A DNA stretch of 64,000 bases from Oopsacas minuta (lineage: Eukaryota > Animalia > Porifera). The stretch lies in contig JAKMXF010000111.1 in assembly GCA_024704765.1 (NCBI GenBank), positions 1,008,619 through 1,072,618 of the forward strand, in the 5' to 3' direction. Below are positions 63,101 through 64,000 of this stretch, in pieces. The notes under the pieces are model-generated. The model did no database searches and had not been told where the DNA came from. It saw only the letters and a program-made list of their open reading frames with translations. The translations under genes and the position numbers were made by a program. Numbering within the stretch: the first letter of the stretch is position 1; the number at the start of each line of letters is the position of its first letter.

Positions 63101-64000
63101 CGTGCACAACTCCTCAGTCACTTTTATCAAGAGGTTCCCCATGCTGTAGTACAATTAAACGAGCGTCTAGACACAAGAGATGATGGGAGTTTATACATAA
63201 AACAGGTTCTGCTCTGTCCTTACGGTAGTGTCATGCAGAGAATGCGAGTTAGTGAAGGAAAGGTTCTCAAATCAGTGGAGATTAAAGCAGCCAAGCAATT
63301 ATCTATAGCTTTCCAAACAGATGTAAATCTCGAAATAAATTTGAGAGTACACAAATTTAAGAAAAATGATTAAATTAAAATAGTAATATTTATATCAGTT
63401 TAAAATACAAACCTGAAATCTCCTTCCCATTGTTCACGACGTATAACCTTATTCACAACTGGGTTTAACAACAATTTGTTGATAAACACAGACAGTATGA
63501 ATAGAGAATACACAGAGACTACTCCTAGCCAACCTACACTGAGAATATTTATATAATAAATTATATTATAGAATACCTGTATTTCTCGCTATCTCTGTAT
63601 TAAAGGCTATTTAGCAATTATGTCTAAATACGGAGCTAATAGCTGAGAGATTATTCTAGAAGTCCTGCCTACAGGAAACTAGAATTTCCCTACTGATTTT
63701 CAGCATATGGCCGTACTATAAAAGTACTGGTGTACGTATAATATTTTAGTACCTTATCCACACTTGATATGTATAGTAGATTATAATGAAAGGTTTAAGT
63801 ATGATATTAACAAGTATTTCTGCCATCTGTTTAGTCAGCCGATAAATGTCCTGAGTTATGCGTTGATCTCTATGACACAATTATGTAAATAGTTGTATGA
63901 ACCTAGGTTGGTATTTTACATCTTACGGATTATCTAATACTTTTCTGTTGTGAAGAATATTCTGTATATTGTTTGCTTGAAAGTATTTTAATTGTATTTT
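57188..64000 (-). CDS. ABCD4: ABC transporter subfamily D member 4 (lysosomal cobalamin exporter), multi-exon; 5' part lies beyond the window end
   Basis: Minus-strand exons: 63927-64000 (..LDNP), 63753-63869 DQRITQDIYR..YYTYQ, 63413-63538 GWLG..EQWEGDFR, 61922-61972, 61827-61869, DYMGSLITYGIIAIPVFSG (~61450-61570), exon ending 60869 (LIMGPSG), 59010-59066 Walker A GCGKSALIKAIAGIW, FIPQTPY..GTI..Q, 58307-58359, 57555-57628 signature LSPGEKQRI.FARLFY, Walker B VLDEATS..SVGHR, stop at 57188. Confidence 0.92.
57666..58262 (+). CDS. Uncharacterised 198-aa hydrophilic protein filling an ABCD4 intron
   Basis: ATG-initiated 597-bp ORF occupying most of a 678-bp intron (57629-58306). T/N/S/E/K-rich with no recognisable domain. 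Unlikely by chance in such AT-rich DNA. Confidence 0.6.
   Translation: MNTPIPTIKLPNCSPFIISVERLIKLYSEIQSNGYLQLDCLNPVETSRESTIQHVLPTQINTQVDYITKRQPIRNSEETNPKIKNITKRLLGENVLKRSKDPYEFPETDQDDNKQVKIARTSNSSNTQRTTTGDFNNVMASLITEQNLETDVHNSPNKLPSQPDKTASNVRMDFEYEATSPTRITVNIQDTVNHIKDI
59139..60752 (+). CDS. Cyclic nucleotide-binding domain protein (two cNMP domains, CNBD-like), intronless, in an ABCD4 intron
   Basis: EGRQACFYFIVSGLVEV..LEPGDYIG and QGHVSKHIFFIVSGRCSV..LSEGDYFGE. Confidence 0.75.
   Translation: MTQKVLTKRLKSVIYDDLMKEMTHRVITGPLPSQSESISGNQGLNTSYSALAPVFDKSKFSTDALFIPVTDSMRDVLRKEPNKRSLSDISIVRPIADQLEEAHQQFQYAKEALCQVMQLAHLSTGQSLLPAEGRQACFYFIVSGLVEVFDEKNHAEGIGHSNYFTYRLEPGDYIGLFSVDGRVKPIPECILALKESILVKVRRSDFEQAIESEKRKDFNRKCDFMSKCRLLGLTQEELMLTAESMASEEFLSDRVLLTQGHVSKHIFFIVSGRCSVLRLLKIRGEKMMVRCMELSEGDYFGESYFLYKKPSQYTYLSQGVVKCFMLSYSDPGSLPSRLRELVLRSAPVYSSDSVLASKALSYCKWSDYKESVLTTAVNDSVRLKISKLNFSPSRRQPDLIATGSKIDLQKELSLSEVIDPITEQSHGSARQPSLPAILQSVSGKSLIARTPNDTRNAAEIVRDMEEEHAKWSHRYDVTALEAEELKRRLTNMRRTRSLKNRVSSVVQVLPKIESDTHLISQQSNTSVDFTGSEDEQA
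62041..63373 (+). CDS. ERAL1: Era-like mitochondrial GTPase, 2 exons (62041-62821, 63081-63373), nested in an ABCD4 intron
   Basis: G1 GEPNAGKSSL, HTT, G3 LDTPG, G4 LNKMD, SSVTGQGI. Exon 2 ELISEFIRAQLL..FYQEVPH begins the KH domain. Joined in phase through a GC-AG intron. Confidence 0.92.

Noticed and set aside
63575-63672. Exon-like segment with AG/GT ends inside an ABCD4 intron
   Set aside because: All three frames contain stops and the flanking exons already join in phase.

Overview
AT-rich, gene-dense eukaryotic (animal) DNA, not prokaryotic. It has spliceosomal GT-AG introns and kindlin, protein kinase D and HPS1 genes; no CRISPR, rRNA or tRNA was seen. The compact layout suggests an early-branching animal such as a glass sponge (inference only). 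I can support about 26 protein-coding genes. The main feature is extreme gene nesting: 17 of the 26 lie inside introns of three intron-rich hosts that the ORF track does not show as genes. (1) NEMF (minus strand) has exons 1-2 at ~20 kb and exon 3 at ~2.3 kb. Its 17.7-kb intron 2 holds eight intronless genes in two divergent groups: TIMM21, two kindlins and WDR7 on minus; WWOX, KRR1, COX11 and MRPS25 on plus. (2) SCFD1/Sly1 (plus, 38327-55767, ~26 exons) holds HPS1, an NHL-repeat gene, a 7TM gene, ABHD12, a POM121/Nup153-like gene and PIGS. (3) ABCD4 (minus, 57188 to beyond the window end) holds an orphan ORF, a cNMP-binding protein gene and ERAL1. All host exon junctions I checked are in frame. 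Very short spacers and splice-acceptor-like AG motifs just before many start codons point to polycistronic transcription with spliced-leader trans-splicing (inference). The tandem kindlins are almost identical except in the integrin-binding F3 region. Protein identifications come from recalled family sequences, not database searches. Abundant nesting and trans-splicing have, to my recollection, been reported for glass sponges, so the phenomenon may be known even if these loci are not.
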